From assembly GCA_021792835.1 (NCBI GenBank), contig JAJYTY010000001.1:7722-71721 (forward strand): a stretch of DNA of 64,000 bases, in the 5' to 3' direction. Positions 31,201 through 41,932 of this stretch are shown piece by piece (the first letter of the stretch is position 1; each line of letters opens with the position of its first letter). The DNA is from Pseudomonadota bacterium. Its GTDB lineage: Bacteria > Pseudomonadota > Gammaproteobacteria > Burkholderiales > Burkholderiaceae_C. Under the pieces are notes generated by a model. It was not told where the DNA came from. It did not search any database and saw only the letters and a list, made by a program, of their open reading frames with translations. Made by a program: the position numbers and the translations under genes.

Positions 31201-32620
31201 GAGCGCGCTGTCGACGCCGGGCATGCGGCCGTCGCTGGATTCCGGAAGCCCGACCGGCATGGGCCTGGCGGCGCTGGCCTGGCGCACCGAGACGGTCATG
31301 ACGGCCCGCTCCTACGAGCTGCAGCCCGGGCTGCGGCCGTGGGAGGAGGCGGCCAGGCGCATGGGGGTGCGCAGCATGGCGGCGATTCCCTTGCTGCGAG
31401 GCGGGCAGACCGACGCGGTGCTGGTGATCTACGGCGCCTACCCGAACCAGTTCGACACCGAGCAGGGGCGCACCTTCCTCACCGCCGTGCAGAACCGCTG
31501 GAACCTGATCGATGACCTGCTGCGCCGGCGCCAGCCGATGCTGGACCAGCGCGAGGCCGCGCGCTATCGCGAGTGGCTCTACGCGGACGGCCTGTCGATG
31601 TTCGTGCAGCCGGTGGTGGACCTGCGCGGCGGCGGCGTCGCCAAGGTCGAGGCGCTGGCGCGGCTGGTCTCGCCGGACGGACGTGTCGTGCCGCCCGACG
31701 ATTTCCTGCCGGCGCTGCGCGACGCCGATCTCGACGCGCTGTTCCGGATCGGCCTGGCGCAGAGCCTGCACTGGCTGACGCGATGGCGCGAGCAGGGCAT
31801 CGAGGTGGACGTGTCGCTGAACCTGCCGCCGTCGACCATGCTGCATCCCGAATGCGCGCAATGGATCGAACAGGCGCTGCGCGACAGCCGGGTGCCGGCG
31901 CGGCACCTCGTGCTGGAGCTGCTGGAGTCGCAGGAAGTCGACGAGGCGCGGCGCGACCAGGCCGTGGCGACGCTGGGGCGCCTGGGCGTGCGCCTGGCCA
32001 TCGACGATCTGGGCTCCGGCTTCAGCAGCCTCAAGCGCCTGGCCAGCATGCCCTTCGACATCATCAAGGTCGACCGCGCCATCATCCTCGACATCGAACG
32101 CGATCCCATCAAGGCGCTGAGCCTGGTGCGCACGGTGGCGCAGATCGGACGCGACTTCGAGAAGGAGGTGGTGATCGAAGGGGTCGAGAGCCCGGCGATC
32201 GCCGAGGCGGCCACCGTGCTGGGGGTGGGTTACGGGCAGGGTTTCGGCATCGCCAGGCCGATGCCCGCGCGCGACTTCGGTGCCTGGGTCGCGCGGCGCG
32301 GTGCCGCCGCATCATGCGCCGCGCCGCTGCGACTCGACAGTGCCCTGGGGGCGCTGGCCTTTCACTGGCTGTACATGCACGAGCTTCAGCCGCATCGCGC
32401 GGCACCGCTGGAGCAGTGCCCGCTCAGCGGCTACCTACGCGGCGTCGGGCTGGATGCGCGCGAGGCCATGGCCTGGCATGCCACCGTGCATGAGGCCGCC
32501 GATGCCGACGAGCGCAAGGCGGCGAGCCATCGTCTCAGCGCCTGGCTGGTCGAGCGCGTGCGCATGCGACCGGCTGCCCATCACGCCGAGCCGCGGGATC
32601 TGCAGTCCGATCCAGCCTGA
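28223..32620 (+). CDS. Membrane c-di-GMP enzyme: TM - Cache-like - TM - GAF - PAS - GGDEF - globin - GAF - EAL - CZB-like tail
   Basis: RSTD I-site plus GGDEF; FYAEL...LGTVHALVG globin; EAL with DDLGSGFSS and EGVE; C-terminal HW...CPLS...HATVH. The start could be 28193 or 28211. Confidence 0.88.
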   Translation: MKPALRGSLLRGLLWVPALLVGLWLVTQERADLRQAREQVARQARRAALADGQLIQLRLMQQFQQLEFAARDIIGARDPARLAPSRRRLLEHFAAQHSELFALNLQSADGSRIEWSSLRQSVKPIFGERAFTPLPGHPDDLLGPEAFAPRFGASILAMRYRMHDAAGRTLYFIGSPYRLGALLEMPRRTGWFVAVRDLRDGRLVGSVPGVGAAPARGRDAGSVEQPIGHLPLAVEVAWSPARVWALYRQGLPWRLAARGAVLALFILAAFTIARLLRSRERLLEQSAQLARFNAMRAQVNRAIVKAADVQELLRAICDLAVLDPAVSLAWIGRPGEHGTMEVLAHAGPAAAYLDGIAAGVGQQVAQQRSAEFLAWHEGRAVFSAASRDARDAAARIDERQRFGLSASASLPLRRGGQVWAVLHLYGSHGSAFDTELQRTMRELADDVSSGLDRLDLLRSQAQLQQQHASLLDNAVAGVVMVRYPGALIVEANAAVARIFGVQDLRGALGKAVAEAAPTLNQPAMISATREVLGRGGVTLEALDIVREDGRPACITLSGQRMPRDAEGATDVVWTIVDVTERQQLMQQMEHLSQIDPLTGLPNRRALEFNLERAVARAQHAGAAIAVGLIDLDDFKPVNDRWGHDVGDSLLQQLGERLRALSRSTDMIARLGGDEFVLVIEDLELEYAQAQLEFILERMHQAVETPFDLGEGRSASVGMSMGIAVAPDDGASAEALLRLADAAMYRIKSRKATRAHWWARAGSGPDGQPAPGQESADAQPEPPFDPFASDAQLLLARVEALFERAEREFVESFYAELAHRQDLAAILSALSPESLDGLKSSQARHLRFLLAPATSAANIQVRARRLGTVHALVGVAPSWLSASMQLYRDLLHWHLDATELAARDRHRLQRVLDARVQIDLQAQLDIMLEVQNTYNAYLARPLPRNGQGWVEVVREKLRALGTLPGIQSCALMRPDGEGLFAVQASDGPRAADMASALSTPGMRPSLDSGSPTGMGLAALAWRTETVMTARSYELQPGLRPWEEAARRMGVRSMAAIPLLRGGQTDAVLVIYGAYPNQFDTEQGRTFLTAVQNRWNLIDDLLRRRQPMLDQREAARYREWLYADGLSMFVQPVVDLRGGGVAKVEALARLVSPDGRVVPPDDFLPALRDADLDALFRIGLAQSLHWLTRWREQGIEVDVSLNLPPSTMLHPECAQWIEQALRDSRVPARHLVLELLESQEVDEARRDQAVATLGRLGVRLAIDDLGSGFSSLKRLASMPFDIIKVDRAIILDIERDPIKALSLVRTVAQIGRDFEKEVVIEGVESPAIAEAATVLGVGYGQGFGIARPMPARDFGAWVARRGAAASCAAPLRLDSALGALAFHWLYMHELQPHRAAPLEQCPLSGYLRGVGLDAREAMAWHATVHEAADADERKAASHRLSAWLVERVRMRPAAHHAEPRDLQSDPA

Positions 32621-32665
32621 GTGCTCGCGCCTCCTCTCGGCCCACGCAGTCGCGAGCCGGCTCGC

Positions 32666-33541
32666 TCATCCCGCGCGTTGCGGCAGCAGGCGGCGCCAGA
32701 CGCCGCCCGCCAGCGCGGTGCCGGCAAGGATCACCGCGCAGCCCGCCAGCATCGGCGGCGTGATGTGCTCGTGCAGGAACAGCGCGCCCCACAGCATCCC
32801 GAAGACGGGGATGAGGAAGGTCACGGAGGCCGCGTAGGCCGCCCCGACGCGCACCACGAGGCGGAAATACAGCACGTAGGCGACCCCCGTGCACAGCACT
32901 CCGAGCGCACCGACATAGGCCCAGATACGCGGCTGCACGGGGTGTGCCGGCCACAGCAAGGCGCCTGGCAGCAGCAGCAACAGCGCCGCGAATGCCTGGC
33001 TGGCGAAGGCGATCAGTCGCGGATCGGCGTGGCCGAGGTGGCGCCGTGTGTAGTGCACGGCGAAACCGTAGGAAGCCGGGGCCAGCAGCGCCGCCGCGGC
33101 GGCCGGCGCCGAGATGCCGTGCGCCAGCTGCGCCTGCCCGCCGACCAGCCCGACCACGCCGAGCAGCCCGAGCAGCAGCCCCGCGCCTTGCGCGCGCGAA
33201 ATGCCGGCGCCGAACCACAAGGCTCCCATGAGTGCCGCCCACAGCGGGGTGGTGGCGTTGAGGATGGACTCGAAGCCGGGACCCAGGTGCAGCGCGCCGA
33301 TCGCGAACAGCGTGAACGGCAGCGCCGAGTTGCTCAGCCCGACGACCGCCAGCGCGCGCCAGTGCACGCGCAATTGCTTGCGCAGCTCCACGCTGCGCAG
33401 CACCGGCGACAGCACCAGCGCGGCGATGCCCACGCGCAGCGCGATCAGGCTCAGCGGCCCCAGCGCCGGCGCGCCCAGGCGCAGGAACAGGAAGGAGCTG
33501 CCCCAGATCGCGGCGAGCAGCAGGAGTTCGAACAGGGGCAT
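32666..33541 (-). CDS. EamA/DMT family transporter
   Basis: LLAAIWGSSFLF, SILNATTPLW, VTFLIPVFG..WG..FL.E; ~10 hydrophobic segments. Confidence 0.9.
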   Translation of the reverse strand: MPLFELLLLAAIWGSSFLFLRLGAPALGPLSLIALRVGIAALVLSPVLRSVELRKQLRVHWRALAVVGLSNSALPFTLFAIGALHLGPGFESILNATTPLWAALMGALWFGAGISRAQGAGLLLGLLGVVGLVGGQAQLAHGISAPAAAAALLAPASYGFAVHYTRRHLGHADPRLIAFASQAFAALLLLLPGALLWPAHPVQPRIWAYVGALGVLCTGVAYVLYFRLVVRVGAAYAASVTFLIPVFGMLWGALFLHEHITPPMLAGCAVILAGTALAGGVWRRLLPQRAG

Positions 33542-33647
33542 GGCGGGCTCGGATTCGACGTGACCCCGCCACTGTAGGCGCGGCGCGCGTGTCCGTGTGG
33601 CCGCAAACGGACCTGCGGATCGCCGCGCGCCGCCCTGCCCGGGTGGC

Positions 33648-35234
<1,587 letters not shown>

Positions 35235-35433
35235 GCGAATCTCCGTTTATGCACAGGTTATGTAGGAAATCGGGACAGGTCATGCCCCAAGCGGCACCAG
35301 CGCGGTGCCCGTCGTGCCGGTGCGGCGGTAGCCACGGCACGCAAAAGCCTAGACCGATATTCAACCATGACGCCGGGTTTCGGGAGCGGCCGCGTTTGCG
35401 CGCGATGCTTGCCCGAGGCGATGCGCGGCCCGC

Positions 35434-36237
35434 TCAGGCGCTGTCGCGCCACGCACGCCAGGCCTGCGCCAGCAGGTACAGCGCGAAGCTCAGCGCCGCG
35501 ATCCAGGTGCTGGCGGGCCAGCCGATGGCATAGGAGGCGGCCAGCCCGCCCCAGGCCACGCCCAGCCCGAGCAGCATCGACAGCACCATGCCGCCGGCGA
35601 TGCCGCGGGTGAAGGCCTGTGCCGCGGCCGGCGGCCCGACGAGGAAGGCGAAGATCAGCAGCGCGCCGATCACCGGCACGGCCACCGCCACGGTGGCCGC
35701 CAGCAGCAAGGCGAACAGCAGGTCCAGCAAGCCCACCGCGATGCCGCGGGTGCGCGCCATGTCGGGGTTCAGGCTGGCCAGCAGCAGCGGACGGTGGATC
35801 AGCGCGAGACCCGCCAGCGCGCCCGCTGCCACCAGCACGGACAGCCGCGCCTGCGCCGCGGTGATGCCGACGATGCTGCCGAACAGGATGCTCATCGCCG
35901 ACTGCGCGTTCCTGGTGTACAGACTCAGGAACAAGACCCCGAGTCCCAGCGCGAACATCAGCACCATGCCGATTCCGACGTCGCGCTGGCGCAGCCGCCT
36001 GCCCGCCAGCGCCAGGGCCAGCCCGGCCGCCAATGTGAACGCGAACAGCCCCAGATAGGCGCTCAGGCCGAGCACGATGGCGCCGGCCGCGCCGGTGAAG
36101 CCGACGTGCGACAGCGCGTGCGCGGCGAAGGTCTGGCGACGCAGCGTGACGAAGTAGCCGACCGCTGCGGCCGCCACGCCGATGCTGCCGGCCGCGACGA
36201 GCGCCTGGCGCATGAATGCGTATTCAAGCCCGAGCAT
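35434..36237 (-). CDS. Zn/Mn ABC transporter permease
   Basis: HALSHVGFTGAAG, ILFGSI, GALLIFA.LV.P.AAA (ABC-3 family). Confidence 0.9.
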   Translation of the reverse strand: MLGLEYAFMRQALVAAGSIGVAAAAVGYFVTLRRQTFAAHALSHVGFTGAAGAIVLGLSAYLGLFAFTLAAGLALALAGRRLRQRDVGIGMVLMFALGLGVLFLSLYTRNAQSAMSILFGSIVGITAAQARLSVLVAAGALAGLALIHRPLLLASLNPDMARTRGIAVGLLDLLFALLLAATVAVAVPVIGALLIFAFLVGPPAAAQAFTRGIAGGMVLSMLLGLGVAWGGLAASYAIGWPASTWIAALSFALYLLAQAWRAWRDSA

Positions 36238-37094
36238 CACGATTCCTGCGTGTGCGTGTGCGCGTGCGCGTCGTGCTCGTGCGCGCCATGCTCGCAATGT
36301 GCCGCCTGCTCGGCCATGAAGCCGCCGGAGGGGTGGATGAACATGTAGCCGGCATGTCGCGCGACGGCCATCGGAACTCCGTACAGCGCGCTCAGCGCGG
36401 CATCGTCGATGACCTCGTCTACATCGCCCAGGCGGCCGTGTCCGGCGGCCAGGTACAGCACGCGGTCCATCACCGGCAGCAGCGCGTTCACGTCGTGCGC
36501 GCTGAGCAGCACGGTCAGGCCGTTGCGTGCGCGCAGCTCGCGCACCAGGTCGAGCACGCCGAGCTGGGAGCGAGGGTCGAGATTGGCCAGCGGCTCGTCG
36601 AGCAGCAGCAGGCGCACCGGATTGACCAGCGCCTGCGCGATGCACACGCGCTGGCGTTCGCCGCCCGACAAGGTGTCCATGCCGCGCCCGGCCAGGTGTT
36701 CGCAGGCGGTCGCCCGCAAGGCCTCGCGCACCGCGGCCGCGCGCTCCGCGCGCAACGCCGGCGACAGCGCGAAACCCCAACGCTCGGCGCGCCACGCGCT
36801 GGCGACGAAGTCGGCCGCGCGCAGCCGCGTCTGCGCGCCTTCCGGGACCACCTGCGCGACGTAGCCGATGCGCCGGCGCGCCTGTGCCGGGCTGCCGCCC
36901 AGCACCTGCAGTTGTCCGGCACCTGTCGGCAGCAGTCCGGCCAGCGCCTGCAGCAGCGTGGTCTTGCCGGCACCGTTGCTGCCGAACAGCCCGACGATCT
37001 GGCCCTGCTCGATGCGCAGCTCGAGTCCGCGCACGATGTCGCGGCTGCCGCGGGCGACCCGCAGCCCGCTCGCCAGCACGGCCGCTTCAGCCAT
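36237..37094 (-). CDS. Zn/Mn ABC transporter ATP-binding protein with a His-rich C-tail
   Basis: GSNGAGKTT, LSGGERQR, LLLDEPLANLD; ends HCEHGAHEHDAHAHTHTQES. Confidence 0.92.
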   Translation of the reverse strand: MAEAAVLASGLRVARGSRDIVRGLELRIEQGQIVGLFGSNGAGKTTLLQALAGLLPTGAGQLQVLGGSPAQARRRIGYVAQVVPEGAQTRLRAADFVASAWRAERWGFALSPALRAERAAAVREALRATACEHLAGRGMDTLSGGERQRVCIAQALVNPVRLLLLDEPLANLDPRSQLGVLDLVRELRARNGLTVLLSAHDVNALLPVMDRVLYLAAGHGRLGDVDEVIDDAALSALYGVPMAVARHAGYMFIHPSGGFMAEQAAHCEHGAHEHDAHAHTHTQES

Positions 37095-37995
37095 GGCAGG
37101 AGGCGCTCGGCGCAGGCGGGTGTGCCAGCGCGTCGGCCGCGCGTTGCAGGCTGTCGAGCAGCCATTGGGGGTAGTCCACCCCCGGAGGCGTGAATTCGTC
37201 CACGCCCAGGGTCGGCACGCCGCAGCGCCTGGCCAGCTGCAGCATGCTGCGGGTCAGCGGCGAGTCGACCTGGCGGTTGTGGATCAGCAGCGCGATGGCG
37301 TGGTGGCGCAGCTCGGAATCGAAGGCCGCCATTTCGCGCGGTGACGGCTCGGTGCCGTTCATGACGTGCAGCTGCAAGGCGGTGTCGTGGTCGCGCCAGC
37401 CCAGTTCGCGCACCATGTAGCCCCATACGGGTTCGGTGGCCGTGACCGGCAGCGCCGGATGCGCGCGCCCCAGTTCGTGGGCGCGCCGCCTGACCTCGGC
37501 GAGTTGCGCCAGCACGCGTTGCTCGCCTGCCGCGTAGGCGGCGTCGTGCGCCGGGTCGACGCGGCGCAGCCAGGCGGTGATCGCCTCGGCCATGCGCTGC
37601 CCGACGCGGGGGTCATAGAACACATGAGGGTTGGCGTCGGCCAGGCGCCGTGCCGGCAACAGTTCGGCCGCCACCAGCACCTGGCGCCCGGCCACCGGGT
37701 TGGCGGCCAGCAGCTGGCTCATCCAGGCGTCGTAGCCGAGTCCGTTCATCAGCACCAGCTGCGCACCGGCGACCACGCGCGCCTCGCGCGGCGAGGCCTC
37801 GAAGGCGTGCGGGTCGACGTTCGGGTTGCGGATCAGCGACACCACGCGCACGTGCGTGCCGCCGATCTCGGAGGCGATCGCGCCGTAGGTGCTCTCGGCG
37901 GCGACGATGGTCGGCGGCGCGGCGGCGTGCGCGAGCGCCGCGCAGGCCCACAGCCATGGCGCGACGAGCATGGCGCGGCGGAGCAGGGCGGGCAT
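37087..37995 (-). CDS. Zn/Mn ABC transporter solute-binding protein
   Basis: DPHAFE, NPHV.YDP, TEP and terminal E/D ligand pattern; signal peptide. Alternative start 38031. Confidence 0.9.
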   Translation of the reverse strand: MPALLRRAMLVAPWLWACAALAHAAAPPTIVAAESTYGAIASEIGGTHVRVVSLIRNPNVDPHAFEASPREARVVAGAQLVLMNGLGYDAWMSQLLAANPVAGRQVLVAAELLPARRLADANPHVFYDPRVGQRMAEAITAWLRRVDPAHDAAYAAGEQRVLAQLAEVRRRAHELGRAHPALPVTATEPVWGYMVRELGWRDHDTALQLHVMNGTEPSPREMAAFDSELRHHAIALLIHNRQVDSPLTRSMLQLARRCGVPTLGVDEFTPPGVDYPQWLLDSLQRAADALAHPPAPSASCHG

Positions 37996-38033
37996 CGGGC
38001 GACTGCGGAGGAAGGGGTTCGAGCTCGCCATGA

Positions 38034-38054
38034 TAATGCAAGCTGGTTGCGTTA
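38034..38054. promoter_or_regulatory. Fur-family (Zur/Mur-like) operator candidate
   Basis: TAATGCAA-GCTGG-TTGCGTTA near-palindrome (one mismatch) just upstream of the metal ABC operon. Confidence 0.6.
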
Positions 38055-38157
38055 ACACGCCGCGCCAGCGCGCCTGCGGGCTGCCGGGACAGCGCGGACG
38101 TGGTCCGCCGGCCACGCTTTCTCGCTGCGAGCTCCGGCGCTTTGCGACAATAGCCGC

Positions 38158-39255
38158 ATGAGCACGATCGCCAACGACACCCTGCTGCGCGCGCTGCTGC
38201 GCGAACCCACCGAGTACACCCCCGTGTGGCTGATGCGCCAGGCCGGGCGCTACCTGCCCGAGTACAACGCCACGCGCGCCCGAGCGGGCAGCTTCCTCGG
38301 CCTGGCCACCGACCCCGGGCTGGCCACCGAGGTGACGCTGCAGCCGCTGGAGCGCTATGCCCTGGATGCGGCGATCCTGTTCTCGGACATTCTCACCGTC
38401 CCGGACGCGATGGGCCTGGGCCTGCGCTTCGCCCCCGGCGAGGGCCCGCGCTTCGAGCATGCACTGCGCACCGAGGCGCAGATCCGCGCGCTGCGCGCGC
38501 CCGATCTGGAGCGTCTGCGCTATGTGTTCGACGCCGTGTCGCAGATCCGTCGCGCGCTGACCCGGGACGGCGTGCAGCGGGTGCCGCTGATCGGCTTCGC
38601 GGGCAGTCCATGGACCCTGGCCTGCTACATGGTGGAGGGGCAGGGCAGCGACGACTGGCGCCAGACCAAGACCCTGATGTACTCCCGCCCGGACCTGATG
38701 CACCACATCCTCGGCGTCAACGCCGAGGCGGTCGCCGCGTACCTGAACGCGCAGGTCGAGTCCGGCGCCCAGGCCCTGATGCTGTTCGACTCCTGGGGCG
38801 GGGCGCTGGCCGACGGTGCGTTCCAGGAGTTCTCCCTGCAGTACAGCCGACGCGTCCTGCAGGCGCTGCGGCGCGAGCACGACGGGCGGCGCGTGCCGCT
38901 GATCCTGTTCACCAAGGGCGGCGGCGGCTGGCTGCGCGAGATGTGCGACAGCGGCGCCGACGCGCTGGGCGTGGACTGGACCGTCAACCTGGCCGCCGCG
39001 CGCTCGCTGGTGGGCGAGCGCGTCGCGCTGCAGGGCAACCTGGACCCGACGGTGTTGTTCGCGCCTCCCGACAGCATCGCCGCGCAGGCGCGTGCGGTAC
39101 TCGACGCCTTCGGGCCGATCGCGCCGGGCCAGCGGGCCGGCCATGTGTTCAACCTGGGCCATGGCATCTCCCAGTTCACGCCGCCCGACCATGTGCAGGT
39201 GCTCGTGGATACCGTGCACCAGCACAGCCGAAGGCTGCGCGAGTCGGGGCAATAG
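38158..39255 (+). CDS. hemE: Uroporphyrinogen decarboxylase
   Basis: [41 protein letters not shown]. Confidence 0.97.
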   Translation: MSTIANDTLLRALLREPTEYTPVWLMRQAGRYLPEYNATRARAGSFLGLATDPGLATEVTLQPLERYALDAAILFSDILTVPDAMGLGLRFAPGEGPRFEHALRTEAQIRALRAPDLERLRYVFDAVSQIRRALTRDGVQRVPLIGFAGSPWTLACYMVEGQGSDDWRQTKTLMYSRPDLMHHILGVNAEAVAAYLNAQVESGAQALMLFDSWGGALADGAFQEFSLQYSRRVLQALRREHDGRRVPLILFTKGGGGWLREMCDSGADALGVDWTVNLAAARSLVGERVALQGNLDPTVLFAPPDSIAAQARAVLDAFGPIAPGQRAGHVFNLGHGISQFTPPDHVQVLVDTVHQHSRRLRESGQ

Positions 39256-39319
39256 GCGACCGGGGCGTGCGCCGCGCGCACCCGCGACGGTGCATTCGCG
39301 CACGCTTGTCAAGCCCGGA

Positions 39320-39530
39320 GGCATCCATTTATGCACACATCGAGGGATTTGGGGAGATAGCTCGGGGAATCCAGATCTCACTTCAGATCTTCAAATACAA
39401 CTTGTTGATCTGCAATGGTTTTGCCGAATTTGCTGCAAAGCCGCATGGGATCGGAGCCAAGTTGTCCACAGCTGGGGACTGTTCGTCGCGACGCACTATG
39501 CACAAAGTTGTCCACAGCCTGGGGATTCCC
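39320..39530. other. Probable chromosomal replication origin (oriC)
   Basis: AT-richer intergenic region with DnaA-box-like 9-mers TTATGCACA (39329), TTGTCCACA (39462, 39508) and CTATGCACA (39496). Also repeated AGATCT (39373, 39385) and an IHF-like GATCAACAAGTTG (minus strand, 39398-39410). Confidence 0.7.
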
Positions 39531-39616
39531 CGTAGACGGCATTCCCGATGGCGTGGCACGGCCGCGCGCAATGCGAGTCAACACTCACATCCGGCGCTTC
39601 GGGCGCCCTCGGCATC

Positions 39617-41932
39617 GTGGTAAACCCGCAGCCGACCGAGGCGGTCGCCAACGCCGAGGCGGCTTCCCCCTGGCTGGTGCAGGTCGCCGTCGATGCCCCG
39701 ATCTGGGGCGTGCTGGACTATGCCTGCGATCAGGAGATCCCGGCCGGGATGGTCGTGCGGGTCCCGCTGGGACGACAAGTCGTCAGCGGCGTCGTGCTGG
39801 AGGCGCGGCTTGCCGGGCAGCCACGGCGCCCCTTGCGTGCGGTGCACGAGGTCTGCGATGGACTGCCCCCGCTGGGGGCCGACTGGATCGCGCTGCTGCG
39901 CTTCGCCGCCGAGTACTACCAGCGCCCATTGGGCGAGCTGATGGGAGCCGCGTTGCCGGGCTGGCTGCGTGGAAACTCCGCGGCTGCGGTGCGGCGGCGC
40001 CTGCAGGCGGCGCAACAGCGGCGCGCGGCCCGCAGCTACGTCGTCAACCCGGCCGGGCGCGAGGCCCTGGCGCGCAGCCTCGGACCTCGCAGCACGGCGT
40101 TGTGGCGCCTCGCCGGGGAATTGGGCGTGGTGCCGGCTGGCGCGGCGCCCGACGTGCCGCTGCAGGCCGGCGCGGCATCCCTGAACGAGGCGCAGGCGCG
40201 TCGACTGCACGCGCGCGGGCCCGCCCTGCTGCGCGAGTGGCGTGCGGCGGGCTGGCTGGACGAGCTGGAACCCGCGCCGCCCACGCCACCCGCGCTGCCC
40301 GAGCTGCATGAGGAACAGCGCCACGCGGTGCAGGTGCTGCAGGCGCAGCAGGGATTCGCCGTGCAGTTGCTGTTCGGGGTGACCGGCAGCGGCAAGACCG
40401 AGGTCTACCTGCGCGCCGTGCAGCATGCGCTGCAACGCGACGCGAACGCGCAGGTCCTGGTGCTCACCCCGGAAATCAATCTCACGCCGCAACTGCTGCG
40501 CAGTTTTTCCGAGCGCTTCCCCGGCGAGTCCCTCGCGCTGCTTCACAGCGGGCTGGCCGAGGCCGAGCGCTTCGACCACTGGGCGGCGGCGCACGCGGGG
40601 CGCGCCCGCATCGTGCTGGGAACCCGGCTGGCAGTGCTGGCCAGCCTGCCGGGCCTGGCACTGGTGGTCGTCGACGAGGAGCACGACCCGTCGTACAAGC
40701 AGCAGGAGGGCGCGCGTTACTCCGCGCGCGACCTCGCGGTGTGGCGTGGGCGCCAGCGCGACGTGCCGGTGCTGCTGGGCTCGGCCACGCCATCGCTGGA
40801 GAGCTGGCAGGCCGCGGCCGGCGGGCGCTACGGCCTGCTGCGCATGGGCCGGCGCGCCAGCGGGGCCTTGCCGCAGGTGCGCCTGCTGCCCAGCCAGCAC
40901 GACCCGCTGCTGCGCGCCGGGGGGCCGGTCGGGCAGGCCTTGTTCGATGCCGTCATGCAGCGCCTGGTGCACGGCGAGCAATGCCTGCTGTTCCTGAACC
41001 GGCGCGGCTACGCGCCGGTGCTGTGCTGTCCCGACTGCGGCTGGATGTCCGACTGCCCGCACTGCGACGCGCACCTGGTGTTCCACCGCACCGACCGCAG
41101 CCTGCGCTGCCACCATTGCGGGCACCGCCAGCCGGTGCCGCGCGCCTGCCCGCAGTGCGGCAGCCTCGACCTGCAGCCGGTCGGGCGCGGTACGCAGCGG
41201 GTGCAGGAGGCGCTGGCGACGCTGTTTCCGCAGGCGCGCATCGCCCGCATCGATGCCGACACGGCGTCGCGCCGGGGACAGGCCGAGGCCGGTTTCGCGC
41301 AGGTGCACGCCGGCGAGGTGGACATCCTGGTGGGAACGCAGATGGTCACGAAGGGCCATGACTTCCAGCGTGTCAGCCTGGTGGCCGCGCTGAACCCCGA
41401 CGCCGGGCTGTTCAGCCACGACCCGCGCGCCCCGGAGCGCCTGTTCGCGCAGCTGGTGCAGGCGGCGGGGCGCGCCGGGCGAGCCGCCGGCTCGACCCTC
41501 GGGGCGGAGATGCTGGTGCAGACCGCCTACCCGGAGCATGCGCTGTACCAGGCATTGCAGCGCAACGACTACCCGGGCTTTGCCGAGCGCGAGCTGGCCG
41601 AGCGCAGGCGCGCCGGCATGCCCCCGTTCAGCTACCAGGCCCTGCTGCGCGCCGAGCACGCGCGCGAGCAGCGGGTGCAGGAATTCGTCGAGCAGGCCGC
41701 CCAGCTCGCAGTCGAACTGCTGGGGCAGTTGCCGGCCGCCGACGCGCCGACGGTGTATCCGGCGGTTCCGTCGGGCCTGGCGCGGCTGGCCGGGGTGCAC
41801 CGCCGCCAGACGCTGGTCGAGGCGGCGCGCCGCGGCGCGCTGCACGGCTTCCTGGCGCGCTGGCGCCAGGCGCTTCAGGAACTGCGCAGCGGTGTGCGCT
41901 GGGCCATCGACGTCGACCCCACCGAGTTCTGA
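39617..41932 (+). CDS. priA: Primosomal protein N' (replication restart helicase)
   Basis: GVTGSGKTEVY, VVDEEHD.SYKQ, FLNRRGYAP, four CxxC, GTQMV.KGHDF. Start uncertain (ORF open from 39548). Confidence 0.95.
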   Translation: MVNPQPTEAVANAEAASPWLVQVAVDAPIWGVLDYACDQEIPAGMVVRVPLGRQVVSGVVLEARLAGQPRRPLRAVHEVCDGLPPLGADWIALLRFAAEYYQRPLGELMGAALPGWLRGNSAAAVRRRLQAAQQRRAARSYVVNPAGREALARSLGPRSTALWRLAGELGVVPAGAAPDVPLQAGAASLNEAQARRLHARGPALLREWRAAGWLDELEPAPPTPPALPELHEEQRHAVQVLQAQQGFAVQLLFGVTGSGKTEVYLRAVQHALQRDANAQVLVLTPEINLTPQLLRSFSERFPGESLALLHSGLAEAERFDHWAAAHAGRARIVLGTRLAVLASLPGLALVVVDEEHDPSYKQQEGARYSARDLAVWRGRQRDVPVLLGSATPSLESWQAAAGGRYGLLRMGRRASGALPQVRLLPSQHDPLLRAGGPVGQALFDAVMQRLVHGEQCLLFLNRRGYAPVLCCPDCGWMSDCPHCDAHLVFHRTDRSLRCHHCGHRQPVPRACPQCGSLDLQPVGRGTQRVQEALATLFPQARIARIDADTASRRGQAEAGFAQVHAGEVDILVGTQMVTKGHDFQRVSLVAALNPDAGLFSHDPRAPERLFAQLVQAAGRAGRAAGSTLGAEMLVQTAYPEHALYQALQRNDYPGFAERELAERRRAGMPPFSYQALLRAEHAREQRVQEFVEQAAQLAVELLGQLPAADAPTVYPAVPSGLARLAGVHRRQTLVEAARRGALHGFLARWRQALQELRSGVRWAIDVDPTEF

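Noticed and set aside
28541-31906. Very long antisense or alternate-frame ORFs (e.g. 28541-31906 -, 11215-14037 -, 39578-42754 -, 60654-63605 +)
   Set aside because: They shadow well-supported genes on the other strand or frame, have Arg/Ala/Pro-rich low-information translations, and are expected in ~70% GC DNA.
35247-35255. DnaA-box-like TTATGCACA upstream of aceB
   Set aside because: A single 8/9 match without supporting context; could be chance.
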